The position numbers were made by a program, and so were the translations under genes. The notes under the pieces are model-generated. The model worked only from the letters and a program-made list of their open reading frames with translations. It searched no databases and was not told the DNA's origin. Of a stretch of DNA of 28,980 bases, positions 17,926 through 26,050 are shown in pieces (the first letter of the stretch is position 1; every line of letters begins with the position of its first letter). The stretch is from Aromatoleum sp. (GTDB taxonomy: Bacteria > Pseudomonadota > Gammaproteobacteria > Burkholderiales > Casimicrobiaceae). The stretch lies in contig JAAFGU010000001.1 of the NCBI GenBank assembly GCA_010365205.1, positions 12,672-41,651 of the forward strand, given 5' to 3'.

Positions 17926-19248
17926 ATGGCGCTGACGATGCCGGACGACAAGGGCGACGACAAAATGCCGCGCGACGATTCGCCGCCGGCACAGATTCGG
18001 AGCGCCTTTGGCGCCCGCGCCCGATCTCGCATTCTCGAAATCGTGCGCGTAGCGCTGCTCGCAGGCAATCGCCTGGCTCGGCGGGCGGGGGTCGTCCCGC
18101 GCGGCGTGCTCGTGATTCCGCCGGCGGCACCGGGGAGCCTGGGCGACGAGGCGATGGTGGTCGCGACCATCGACGCCATCCGCGCCAGGTTCGCCGGCCA
18201 TATCGGGTTGCTACGCTATCGGGGCGGTCTCGACTATCCGGTGCAGGTCGACGCAAGACTCGACCTGTCGCGGTATTTCCTCCAGGGCGGCGCGCGAGGC
18301 GACGAATTGCGCTTGCTGGCGGCGCTCTTTCGGTATCGCCACGTGGCGCTGCTCGGCGCCGACGTCCTCGATGGCTTCTATTCCGACGACGCCGTTCGCC
18401 TGCGGTTGCGACTTGTCGAGCTGGCGGCCCAGGCGGGCGCCTGCACCACTGTGCTCGGCTTCAGCCTCAATGCCCAACCTACGGCCGGTGCGGCGGCGCT
18501 GCTGCGCGCGCTGCCCGCATCGGTGCTCCTGTTGGCACGGGACCGCAAGTCGCAACAACGCCTTTCGTCGATCGTCGGCCGGCCAGTGGAGTGCGTCGCG
18601 GACACCGCCTTTCTGCTGGCCCCGGATACCACCGACCCGCGGGGCGATGAAATCGCGCGTTGGGCGACCGGGGTGCGTGCGCGCGGCGGCCGCGTGGTCG
18701 GCGTCAACCTGTCCGCGATCGCGATGGAGGCGGCGGGGCTGAAGCGCGCAGCGATCGTGCAGGTGGCGCACGATACACTCGAAAGGCTGGTCGCCGCCCG
18801 CCCGGCGACCGCGTTGTTGTTGATTCCGCACGACATGCGGGGCGACGCGTCCGACGTCAATCTTCTGCGTCAGCTCGCGGCGAGGCTCGAGCGTCCCGCC
18901 TTCGACGTGCGATTCCTCGTGCCGCCCCTGACGGCGCGACTGGTCAAGCGGGTGTGCGCCAGTGTCGACCTGGTCTGGACCGGCCGCATGCACGTTGCCA
19001 TTGCCGCCCTCGGGCAAGGTGTGCCCATCGTGGCTCACGAGTATCAGGGCAAGTTCGCGGGTCTGTTTGCCGATCTCGGGCTCGAGAACATGCTGTGGGA
19101 TACCGATCGCGAGCCGCTGCCGGCACCACTCACGGCCCTGCTTGTCGAGGCACTTGATCGCGCCGACGCGCTGAAGGCTTCGATCGCGCCGAAGCGGACG
19201 GCACTGACTGCGCGGGCGGCACGGAACATCGATCTGCTGCGCCTATGA
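17926..19248 (+). CDS. Polysaccharide pyruvyl transferase family protein
   Basis: GSLGDEAM, LLGADVLDG, LARDRKS, VADTAF, VGVN, IPHD, WTGRMHVAIAALGQGVP. Start uncertain among several nearby ATGs. Confidence 0.85.
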   Translation: MALTMPDDKGDDKMPRDDSPPAQIRSAFGARARSRILEIVRVALLAGNRLARRAGVVPRGVLVIPPAAPGSLGDEAMVVATIDAIRARFAGHIGLLRYRGGLDYPVQVDARLDLSRYFLQGGARGDELRLLAALFRYRHVALLGADVLDGFYSDDAVRLRLRLVELAAQAGACTTVLGFSLNAQPTAGAAALLRALPASVLLLARDRKSQQRLSSIVGRPVECVADTAFLLAPDTTDPRGDEIARWATGVRARGGRVVGVNLSAIAMEAAGLKRAAIVQVAHDTLERLVAARPATALLLIPHDMRGDASDVNLLRQLAARLERPAFDVRFLVPPLTARLVKRVCASVDLVWTGRMHVAIAALGQGVPIVAHEYQGKFAGLFADLGLENMLWDTDREPLPAPLTALLVEALDRADALKASIAPKRTALTARAARNIDLLRL

Positions 19249-20411
19249 TCCTGTCCGGGTTGCGAAGTTCGACCGTCGCCGGATGGGCGCGACTGAGCGC
19301 GGAGGTTCGCCACGAAGTGGCCTCCGCGCCACTCGCGTCGCTGTTCGTCGAGGTCCCGGAGCGGTTCGGCGACTGGTTGCATGAAGTCTACGATTGTTTC
19401 GCGATCGCCTGTTTCGCGCCAGCGACAATGCATCGGGAGACGCGGCTCGTCGTCGAGGGCGATGTCTGTCCGCTGCTGATCGACGGCTTGGGCGTCGCGA
19501 TGGCTTGGTACCGGCATTGGTATGGCCCGCGCTGGGCGCCGCTTGCGTTCGAAGCGGGGCGCCGCGCCGATGTGCTGCCGGCAAGCGGGCGTGTTGGTGC
19601 GATCTACTTTTCCTGCGGCGTCGATTCGCTGTACTCGTTGCGCAGGATCACGGCCGGAATGCCCTCCGCGCACTGGGGGGCGCCGCGGGCCGCGTTGTTC
19701 GTGATCGGTTACGACTTGCGCAAGCCGATGGCGATCGAGCGCGCCCTTGCGAACGCGCAGGCTGCGGCCGATTTGGCCGGCCTGACCCTCGTGCCGGTGC
19801 GATCGAACATACCGTCGCTCGACGACGACTACAACCTGTGGACCCTTCAGTTCGGCGGCCCGGGATTTGCCGCACTTGCCCATGCGCTGGGACGGGGAAT
19901 CGCACGTGCCTGGCTGGGAGCCGATTGCGACATTCCGAATCTGGTTCCTTGGTGCAACCATCCGGCAACGGCGCCCGAGTTCTCGTCGCACGACGTCGAA
20001 ATCCGGCAAGACGGGATCGAGGCCACACGGGCAGAGAAGGTGGGTGCCATTGCGGACTGGGACATCGCGCAACGCCATCTGCGCGTATGCACGAAAAATC
20101 CCGAGCACATGCTCAACTGCGGTCGCTGCGAAAAGTGCGTGCGTACGCGCCTGGAACTGCTGGCCTTCGGTAGTGCGGACGCGTTGCCGGCGTTCGGCGG
20201 GAGCACGCTCTCCGCCGCCGACGTGAACGCGATCGAGATACGGATGGATTCCATCTACTACGATGAGATCGTACCGCCCTTGCGTGCGCGCGGACGCGAG
20301 GATCTCATCGCCGCGATCGACGAGCGCAAGCGGGAATGGGCGCGGTACAAGCGCTGGCGCTCGGGCGGAACTCTGCGCGCGCGCGCCCGGCGGCTGGTCG
20401 GGGCCGGGTGA
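19245..20411 (+). CDS. Hypothetical PP-loop (QueC-like fold) protein, paralog 3
   Basis: ATGA overlap with the pyruvyl transferase; YFSCGVDS; PWCNHPATAPEFSS; CTKNPEHMLNCGRCEKC. Confidence 0.75.
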   Translation: MILSGLRSSTVAGWARLSAEVRHEVASAPLASLFVEVPERFGDWLHEVYDCFAIACFAPATMHRETRLVVEGDVCPLLIDGLGVAMAWYRHWYGPRWAPLAFEAGRRADVLPASGRVGAIYFSCGVDSLYSLRRITAGMPSAHWGAPRAALFVIGYDLRKPMAIERALANAQAAADLAGLTLVPVRSNIPSLDDDYNLWTLQFGGPGFAALAHALGRGIARAWLGADCDIPNLVPWCNHPATAPEFSSHDVEIRQDGIEATRAEKVGAIADWDIAQRHLRVCTKNPEHMLNCGRCEKCVRTRLELLAFGSADALPAFGGSTLSAADVNAIEIRMDSIYYDEIVPPLRARGREDLIAAIDERKREWARYKRWRSGGTLRARARRLVGAG

Positions 20412-20498
20412 GGATGGGCAAGTCCACGGATGAGCTCGCAGCGGGTGGCCGACGCCGGATGGTGTCCCGACGTCAGCGCGTCGTCCGCAGCGACTGGA

Positions 20499-20540
20499 CG
20501 CTAAGCCCGGCGCCGACGTGCGCCGGCACTGTACTTAGCG
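20499..20540. terminator. Composite inverted repeat between convergent genes (possible terminator or structured RNA)
   Basis: CGCTAAG-c-CCGGCGC-cgacgt-GCGCCGG-cactgta-CTTAGCG: two perfect 7-bp stems; no U-tract. Confidence 0.35.
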
Positions 20541-20603
20541 CCCGCGCCTCGCGCCAGAGGATCGCCGACATTGCGTAGAAGAGGTAGGCGAGATCAAAAT
20601 ACG

Positions 20604-20624
20604 CGGAGCTGAGGTGGGCTTGAT
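20604..20624 (-). pseudogene. Seven-codon stub of gene C (IKPTSAP)
   Basis: Directly follows the TAA of gene B2 in frame and matches IKSTSAP at 13105-13085. Similarity then ends and the frame stops at 20535-20537. Confidence 0.6.
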
Positions 20625-20630
20625 TTACGG
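20611..20630. repeat. 20-bp direct repeat, copy 2 (B/C junction)
   Basis: 19/20 identical to 13092-13111. Confidence 0.9.
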
Positions 20631-21728
20631 ACGTCGATGACGATAGAAGAGCAGATCGGGATTCGGCACGTCGACGCCGCCTGCCCACATCGACCAGTCG
20701 TTCACCGGATCGTAGACGGCCATTCGCGCTTGAAGCTTCCTGCCGTTGGGGGCATCGACGGCGGCGACGCGCCAGCGGTTTTCCGACGGCTGGTAGACGT
20801 AGAGCCGGCCGTCGTTGAGGTTGAGGTATTCGACGACGCGATGCCGGCTGTTGAACACGATGTGCGTGTGGTTCGCCGCCCGCGGGGTCTCGAGCGGCCC
20901 TGGCGGCGGCGCGCGCTCGGAAAATGCACCGCTGTCCATGTCGATTCGGATGAACAGCGCATCGATCGGGTCGATTGTGTAGACGCAACGGCCCGACAGA
21001 TCGATCGCGACATAGTCCTTCCAGATGCTGGGCTTGCGACCCCTGCTGTTGTCAGGAAGATTGACGGGCACGCGCCACGAGGGCGGCGACGTCGCAATGT
21101 CCAGCACCTGCATTTTCGGTCCCAGCCCGATCCGGCTTATGGTCCTTTTCACCGGATCGAGCCACGAGAACCACGAATCGGTGTAAGCGATGCCTGCGTC
21201 AACGCCCGCCCTCGACCACCGTCGCGGCGGCGGCGCGAACGGGTCGAACCACATCACCTCGTCATGGACGAAGTTCGCGTCGCTGGCACGCGCCGGTGTT
21301 TCGTTGGGTGGATTGTCCGTGGTGATATCCATCACGCCAGGAATCATCCAGAACCGGTGGAGCATGGCATCCCACTGCCAGCCGACGTAATCGGGGTGTT
21401 TGGGCTGCACCGAATTCCCGCCGAATCCGGCGTACGGGTACTCGAGCCGCCAACCCGCGTTCGGGTTCCGGGGATTCGCCATCCGCTCGGCGACGTCAAG
21501 CGACCAGGTTTCCTGGCGGTAGCTGCTGACCCATGGCTGCCCGCCGTAGTCGCCGCCGACGAAATAGATGCGCCCATTGTCCGGACAAAAGGCGCCCGTG
21601 ACATGTTTCATCCCCCCGCCCCACGGAGGCGCGTTCGGGGCGAACCCGCACGGCAGCGCGAGCATGGTTCCGAGTAGACCCTCCGGAGTCTGGCACGCGA
21701 AGGTCAACGGCGTTGAGGTTGCCTTCAC
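20625..21728 (-). CDS. Gene B2: hypothetical beta-propeller/kelch-like protein, 367 aa, no signal peptide
   Basis: GTGA overlap with gene A2. Blade-like motifs GRIYFVGGDYGG, WQWDAMLHRFW, MWFDPF, SWLDPVKR, YTIDPID, AVYDPVND. Both termini are homologous to mini-B. Confidence 0.78.
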   Translation of the reverse strand: MKATSTPLTFACQTPEGLLGTMLALPCGFAPNAPPWGGGMKHVTGAFCPDNGRIYFVGGDYGGQPWVSSYRQETWSLDVAERMANPRNPNAGWRLEYPYAGFGGNSVQPKHPDYVGWQWDAMLHRFWMIPGVMDITTDNPPNETPARASDANFVHDEVMWFDPFAPPPRRWSRAGVDAGIAYTDSWFSWLDPVKRTISRIGLGPKMQVLDIATSPPSWRVPVNLPDNSRGRKPSIWKDYVAIDLSGRCVYTIDPIDALFIRIDMDSGAFSERAPPPGPLETPRAANHTHIVFNSRHRVVEYLNLNDGRLYVYQPSENRWRVAAVDAPNGRKLQARMAVYDPVNDWSMWAGGVDVPNPDLLFYRHRRP

Positions 21729-22072
21729 TGCCCGTCATCCGCATCGATGATCACAGCGGCGATGTCGCAGGTCGCGATTCGGGCCAGGATGCCTTCAGGA
21801 TTGAGCGTAAGTCTGCCGACAGTAGGCGCACCATGCGCGTTGGGCGAAACGGTCAGTCGCTTCCCATCCGGGTGAATCGCGAACACGCGCAGATCGATCG
21901 AGGCCGCCACCGCGATGGCCGCGCCGCAGAGTGCGCGCCACCATACCGGATCGTGACGGAATGCACGCTGTCCCGAAGGTGGCGCCTCGGACGCGGTCGC
22001 GGCCCGGCATACGACCGATGGCGCCGCGAGAACTCCCGCACCCAGGACGATGAGATCGCGGCGAGACATCAT
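21725..22072 (-). CDS. Gene A2: twin-arginine (Tat) signal protein with Ig/cadherin-like C-terminal domain, 115 aa
   Basis: ATG 22072 preceded by GAAGGAG SD; MMSRRDLIV. Ungapped alignment with A1 gives 56/115 identical residues by hand count, ending IIDADDGQ. Confidence 0.8.
   Translation of the reverse strand: MMSRRDLIVLGAGVLAAPSVVCRAATASEAPPSGQRAFRHDPVWWRALCGAAIAVAASIDLRVFAIHPDGKRLTVSPNAHGAPTVGRLTLNPEGILARIATCDIAAVIIDADDGQ
21729..21751. repeat. 23-bp perfect direct repeat, copy 2 (A/B junction)
   Basis: Identical to 13277-13299. Confidence 0.9.
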
Positions 22073-22374
22073 TGCTTCATCTCCTTCGAGAACTCGGCCC
22101 GCGGCATCCAAACTGGATGTGCCGCCCGACGTTGGTCCGCAATGCGCTTCATGACACTGACCCTAGCGCAGGATGTCACGAGATTCAAGGGGTGGGAATT
22201 TCGGTAGAGTTTCGGCCTTGGAAGACGCCGCTCCTCATCGAGGCGACTTGGCGAGCGGCCATGATCCTGGCGCCTTGGGAAGTTGGTCGGCTCCTCCAAC
22301 AGTTGCAGCAATGACAGTTTGCCCTTGATACTCTGGGGCCCACTCGCACTGCACTTCGAGAACCGCGTCCCGAC

Positions 22375-24630
22375 ATGCACTTAAGTTCCAAGCATCTTGG
22401 CGGACAAGATCGGCCGCATGACCGGCGCTTGACCGTTGGCACACGCCTGTTGCCGCTAATCGGTCTTGTCTTGGCGATGGCAACCATTTGGATTCCCGAG
22501 CTTCACCACTACTTTGTGCGAGCGGTTCCGGTCGAGGCGCGGGCCGTGGATTTGATGCGGAGGGCCCCGAGCGATGCAGTACTGGACGAATTGGCCAAGG
22601 CGCGCATACTGCATCCGGCTCGCGATGCGGTGGACCGCGCGAGTGCAATTGTCGATGCCGACCGGGCGTTGGAGGGGCGATTCGTCACCGAAGACGGAAC
22701 GAGCGTCGCATTCAGCTGGCCGTTCGACGCTGCGGATCTCGAGCAGGGTCCGCTGGACTGGTCGCTGGCCGTGGCCGCGTTCGCAATTCCCGATCGGCTG
22801 CTCAAGGCCTACGATGCGACGGGCGAGCTCCGTTACCTCGACCAAGCCGTCGAGTACGTGCTGGCGTGGCAGAGGTTCGAGGCGTCGGCGTGGCTCCCGC
22901 GCGGGCTGATGTGGAATGATCATGCGATCGCGGAACGCGTATACGTCCTGGTCGACCTGTGGCGGTCGTACCGAAAACACCCGCGTTTCGACCCGGAGCG
23001 GGCAAAACTGCTTCTTGTCCAAGCCGAGCGCTGCGCGATCTATTTGGCACGCCCGGATCATTTCACATCCGCGACCAATCATGGCGTCATGCAGAACCTG
23101 GCGCTGATGCTCGTCGCGATCGCGATGCCTGGGTTGCCGGATGCAAAGCGGTTTTTCGACGTCGGCCGAGAGCGTTTCATCCGCCAATTGGATTTCTACG
23201 TGAGCCGCGACGGTGTCGTGCTGGAGCATTCGGCCGGCTATCACGAGTTCGGCCTGCAGCTGCTGCGCCTCGCGCGCCGCTATTTCGAGCTTGCAGGCGT
23301 TGCCCCGCCGGCAGGGTACGACGCCATGCTGGAGCGGGCGTCGCACTTTCTCGACGCAATGCGACGCCCCGACGGTTCGTTGCCGCTGATCGGCGACACG
23401 CGGGCGACTTCCCGGGCGGCACCGGCGACCATTCGTCCGGGAACGTCGGGCGAGACCACGGCGGAAACTCCGCCGGAGCGGCTCACGCCAGCGGGAAGAT
23501 GCCTCATGTCCGCGGTTGCGGGATATTCCGTCTGGCGGACGCCGCTCGACGGGTCGCCGGACACGGCTGATCAGTCCCAGCTCGTGACCCTCTGGTCCCA
23601 TTTTCCAGGGCACGGCCATAAGCACGCCGACGAACTGAGCATATTGCTCTGGGCGGACGGACAGGACTGGATCGCCAATGCCGGTTACTGGGCCTATGGA
23701 GATCCCGACCGTGGCAAGGCTGAGTCGTGGGACGGATCGAATGCGCCTCACCTTCTTGGCGAGTCGCCGAAAGCCGAACGATCGTCGGAGTTGATGGGTT
23801 CAAGTTGTTCTGGACAGAGCGCGGCAATCGATCTTCAGCGCGTCACGCGCGAGGGGCTGCGAATTCGACGCCAGGTGGTCCAGATCTCGCCTGTTGTCTG
23901 GATCGTGATCGATCACGCGCAGGGTGGTACGCGAACCTTGGTAACCAACTGGACGGGGTTTCCCGGGATCGACCTCGAAAACGGACCCATTCGGCAGAGC
24001 TTCCGCATGAAGCGTGCGACAAACGGCATGGTGCTCGACTTTGCGTACGCCGGATCCGATGCACCGGCACTACGACCGCTTCGGGGCAGTTCGGATCCGT
24101 TCGCCGGATGGGTTTTCATGGATCACGGGCCCGCGGCCGCGCCCGCACTGCGGGTCGAGCAGGCTGCGGGTGAATCATGGTCCGCGATGATTTGGGTCTT
24201 GAATCGCACGCCGTCCGTCTTCGGTGTGACCGAGGCACCTGCCGTGCGGTGGGGCGGGGTGGAGACGTGGAGCCTGTCGGTCGGATTGCCGGGCGGGCGT
24301 GTCGCCATCGTCCGGGACCACGCAACGATCACGATCGGCACGACACCGCCGCTCCAGCTGATGCCGCCCGCGGTCGACGTTTCGGCCGAGCAGGCGAAGA
24401 TCGCGATTGCCTACGCCGCGCTCAAGGCCGACTTTCCAATCTACCGCGACCTTGGACGTTATCGTCGCCGCGCAGCTGTCGCGGCGATCGGGCTGTTTGC
24501 GCTCCAGGTGTTCATCTTGTACACGTCATCGCGTCGCTTCCGCGCCGTGGGCCGCCTCATGAACTGGGTGACGTTTATCGGCTGGATCCTAGTCTGCGTG
24601 TGGCTGCAGATGTATTATTTCGCGCACTAG
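22375..24630 (+). CDS. Heparinase II/III-like (polysaccharide lyase) protein, membrane-anchored
   Basis: WNDHAIAER, TSATNHGVMQ, DGVVLEHSAGYH, DGSLPLIGD, GHGHKHADELS, HLLG. N-terminal hydrophobic helix and two C-terminal hydrophobic helices. Start approximate. Confidence 0.78.
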   Translation: MHLSSKHLGGQDRPHDRRLTVGTRLLPLIGLVLAMATIWIPELHHYFVRAVPVEARAVDLMRRAPSDAVLDELAKARILHPARDAVDRASAIVDADRALEGRFVTEDGTSVAFSWPFDAADLEQGPLDWSLAVAAFAIPDRLLKAYDATGELRYLDQAVEYVLAWQRFEASAWLPRGLMWNDHAIAERVYVLVDLWRSYRKHPRFDPERAKLLLVQAERCAIYLARPDHFTSATNHGVMQNLALMLVAIAMPGLPDAKRFFDVGRERFIRQLDFYVSRDGVVLEHSAGYHEFGLQLLRLARRYFELAGVAPPAGYDAMLERASHFLDAMRRPDGSLPLIGDTRATSRAAPATIRPGTSGETTAETPPERLTPAGRCLMSAVAGYSVWRTPLDGSPDTADQSQLVTLWSHFPGHGHKHADELSILLWADGQDWIANAGYWAYGDPDRGKAESWDGSNAPHLLGESPKAERSSELMGSSCSGQSAAIDLQRVTREGLRIRRQVVQISPVVWIVIDHAQGGTRTLVTNWTGFPGIDLENGPIRQSFRMKRATNGMVLDFAYAGSDAPALRPLRGSSDPFAGWVFMDHGPAAAPALRVEQAAGESWSAMIWVLNRTPSVFGVTEAPAVRWGGVETWSLSVGLPGGRVAIVRDHATITIGTTPPLQLMPPAVDVSAEQAKIAIAYAALKADFPIYRDLGRYRRRAAVAAIGLFALQVFILYTSSRRFRAVGRLMNWVTFIGWILVCVWLQMYYFAH

Positions 24631-24675
24631 AAGTGAACTTGGGAGCGTCGGGCGCTCCAACCAGGGAATCCGCAA

Positions 24676-26001
24676 ATGCGCGACTATGCGCTAACCGCCT
24701 TCATCTTCGGCTCGATCCCGTTCATTCTGTGGCGGCCATGGATCGGCGCGTTGATGTGGGTTTGGATCGGGCTGATGAATCCGCACCGCCTCACCTGGAA
24801 TTTCGCGTTCAACATGCCATTCGCCCAGGTCGTCGCGATCGCAACCCTGGTCGGTATGCTGTTCTCCGGCGAGAAATTCCGGATACCCTGGTCGCCGCCG
24901 GTCAAACTTTTATTCGCCTTGGTCGCGTGGATGTCGGTTAGCACGTATTTTGCCATCGATACGACAGACGCGTTCCCGCAATGGCAGAAGGTCATGAAGA
25001 TCCAGTTCATGACATTCATCGTCATGATGCTCATTGCCGACCGGAAGCGGCTCGAGGCACTGGTCTGGGTGGCCGCGCTATCGCTGGCGTTCTACGGCGT
25101 CAAGGGCGGGATCTACACGTTCACCGGTGGCGGCTCGAATCAAGTGCTCGGCCCCGAGGGGTCGTTCATCGAAGGCAACACCGAGATCGGCCTTGCGCTG
25201 GTGATGGCGCTGCCGCTGGTCCGGGTCATGCAGATGAGCGCCCAGCGACGAGCCGTTCGCTGGGCGCTCGGCTTGGCGATGCTCCTGACTGGACTCGCCA
25301 TTCTCGGGACACAGTCGCGGGGCGCGTTTCTGGGTGCTGCGGCGATGGCGATCATGCTATGGATCAAGAGCCGCAAGAAGGCGATGCTTTTCGTCATGTT
25401 GATCGCGGCCGTGCCGGCGCTGCTCGTCGTGATGCCGGACAGCTGGTTCACGCGAATGGAAGGCATCGGCAGCTACGAGCAGGACCGGTCGGCGATGGGA
25501 CGCCTCTATGCATGGGAATTCGCCTTCCGCATGGCCGTGAAGCACCCGCTCGTCGGCGGCGGTTTCGCGAGCTTCACGCCCGAGAACTACGCCGTATATG
25601 CGCCCGACCTGACCGAGGCCGTCAACGAGAAGGGGGCGGTGGCCGATGCGCACAGCGTCTACTTCCAGGTGCTGGGTCATCACGGATTCGTCGGCCTCGC
25701 GATCTTCCTCGCGCTGCTGGCGGCCATGTGGCAATCGGCGGCGCGCGTCATGCGGGCGACGCGCGCAAGGGAGGACTTGAGGTGGGCGTACGACACGGCG
25801 GCGATGTCGCAGGTAAGCCTGGTCGGGTTCATGGTCGCCGGCGCATTCCTCGGCCTCGCCTATTTCGACCTGCTGTACACGCTGCTGGCGATCATCGCCA
25901 TCACCGAGTCCCTGGTCCGCCGCGGACATGGGACCATTCCGGCGGTCGCGTCCACGGCCGACGCTGTCGGAGCGGCGCAGCAGCAACCGCTGCGACCGTA
26001 G
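24676..26001 (+). CDS. Putative O-glycosylation ligase / O-antigen ligase-like protein, exosortase-A-system type
   Basis: MRDYAL...RPWIGALMWVWIGLMNPHRLTW N-terminus, TQSRGAFLG, DRSAMGRL, HPLVGGGF, DAHSVYFQVLGHHGFVG. Confidence 0.88.
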   Translation: MRDYALTAFIFGSIPFILWRPWIGALMWVWIGLMNPHRLTWNFAFNMPFAQVVAIATLVGMLFSGEKFRIPWSPPVKLLFALVAWMSVSTYFAIDTTDAFPQWQKVMKIQFMTFIVMMLIADRKRLEALVWVAALSLAFYGVKGGIYTFTGGGSNQVLGPEGSFIEGNTEIGLALVMALPLVRVMQMSAQRRAVRWALGLAMLLTGLAILGTQSRGAFLGAAAMAIMLWIKSRKKAMLFVMLIAAVPALLVVMPDSWFTRMEGIGSYEQDRSAMGRLYAWEFAFRMAVKHPLVGGGFASFTPENYAVYAPDLTEAVNEKGAVADAHSVYFQVLGHHGFVGLAIFLALLAAMWQSAARVMRATRAREDLRWAYDTAAMSQVSLVGFMVAGAFLGLAYFDLLYTLLAIIAITESLVRRGHGTIPAVASTADAVGAAQQQPLRP

Positions 26002-26050
26002 CGGGAGCCGATCGCGATCCGACGACGGGATGCCGCGATCGAACCGATGA

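Noticed and set aside
15884-18256. 790-aa minus-strand ORF
   Set aside because: It is antisense to three well-supported plus-strand genes, is Arg/Pro/Ala-rich and has no motifs; a typical shadow ORF of high-GC DNA.
15524-20411. Assignment of the QueC-like genes to queuosine/7-deazaguanine synthesis or Qat-type anti-phage defence
   Set aside because: No queD/queE/folE, tgt/dpdA, QatA ATPase or TatD partner is in the window. The proteins carry an extra N-terminal domain and sit among glycan genes.
13092-21751. Calling the bracketed block a mobile element, or the repeats a CRISPR/DGR system
   Set aside because: No integrase, transposase, reverse transcriptase or cas gene; only two copies of each repeat, and both lie in coding junctions.
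22436-22453. Possible sigma-54 promoter (TGGCAC...TTGC)
   Set aside because: GG-to-GC spacing is 12 nt rather than the required 10, and it lies within the probable coding region.
24639-24660. Short hairpin GGAGCG/CGCTCC between the lyase and ligase genes
   Set aside because: A 6-8 bp GC stem without a U-tract is expected by chance at this GC content.
26009-26041. Bulged 12-bp hairpin before the methyltransferase
   Set aside because: No U-tract and no second copy; function cannot be supported from sequence alone.
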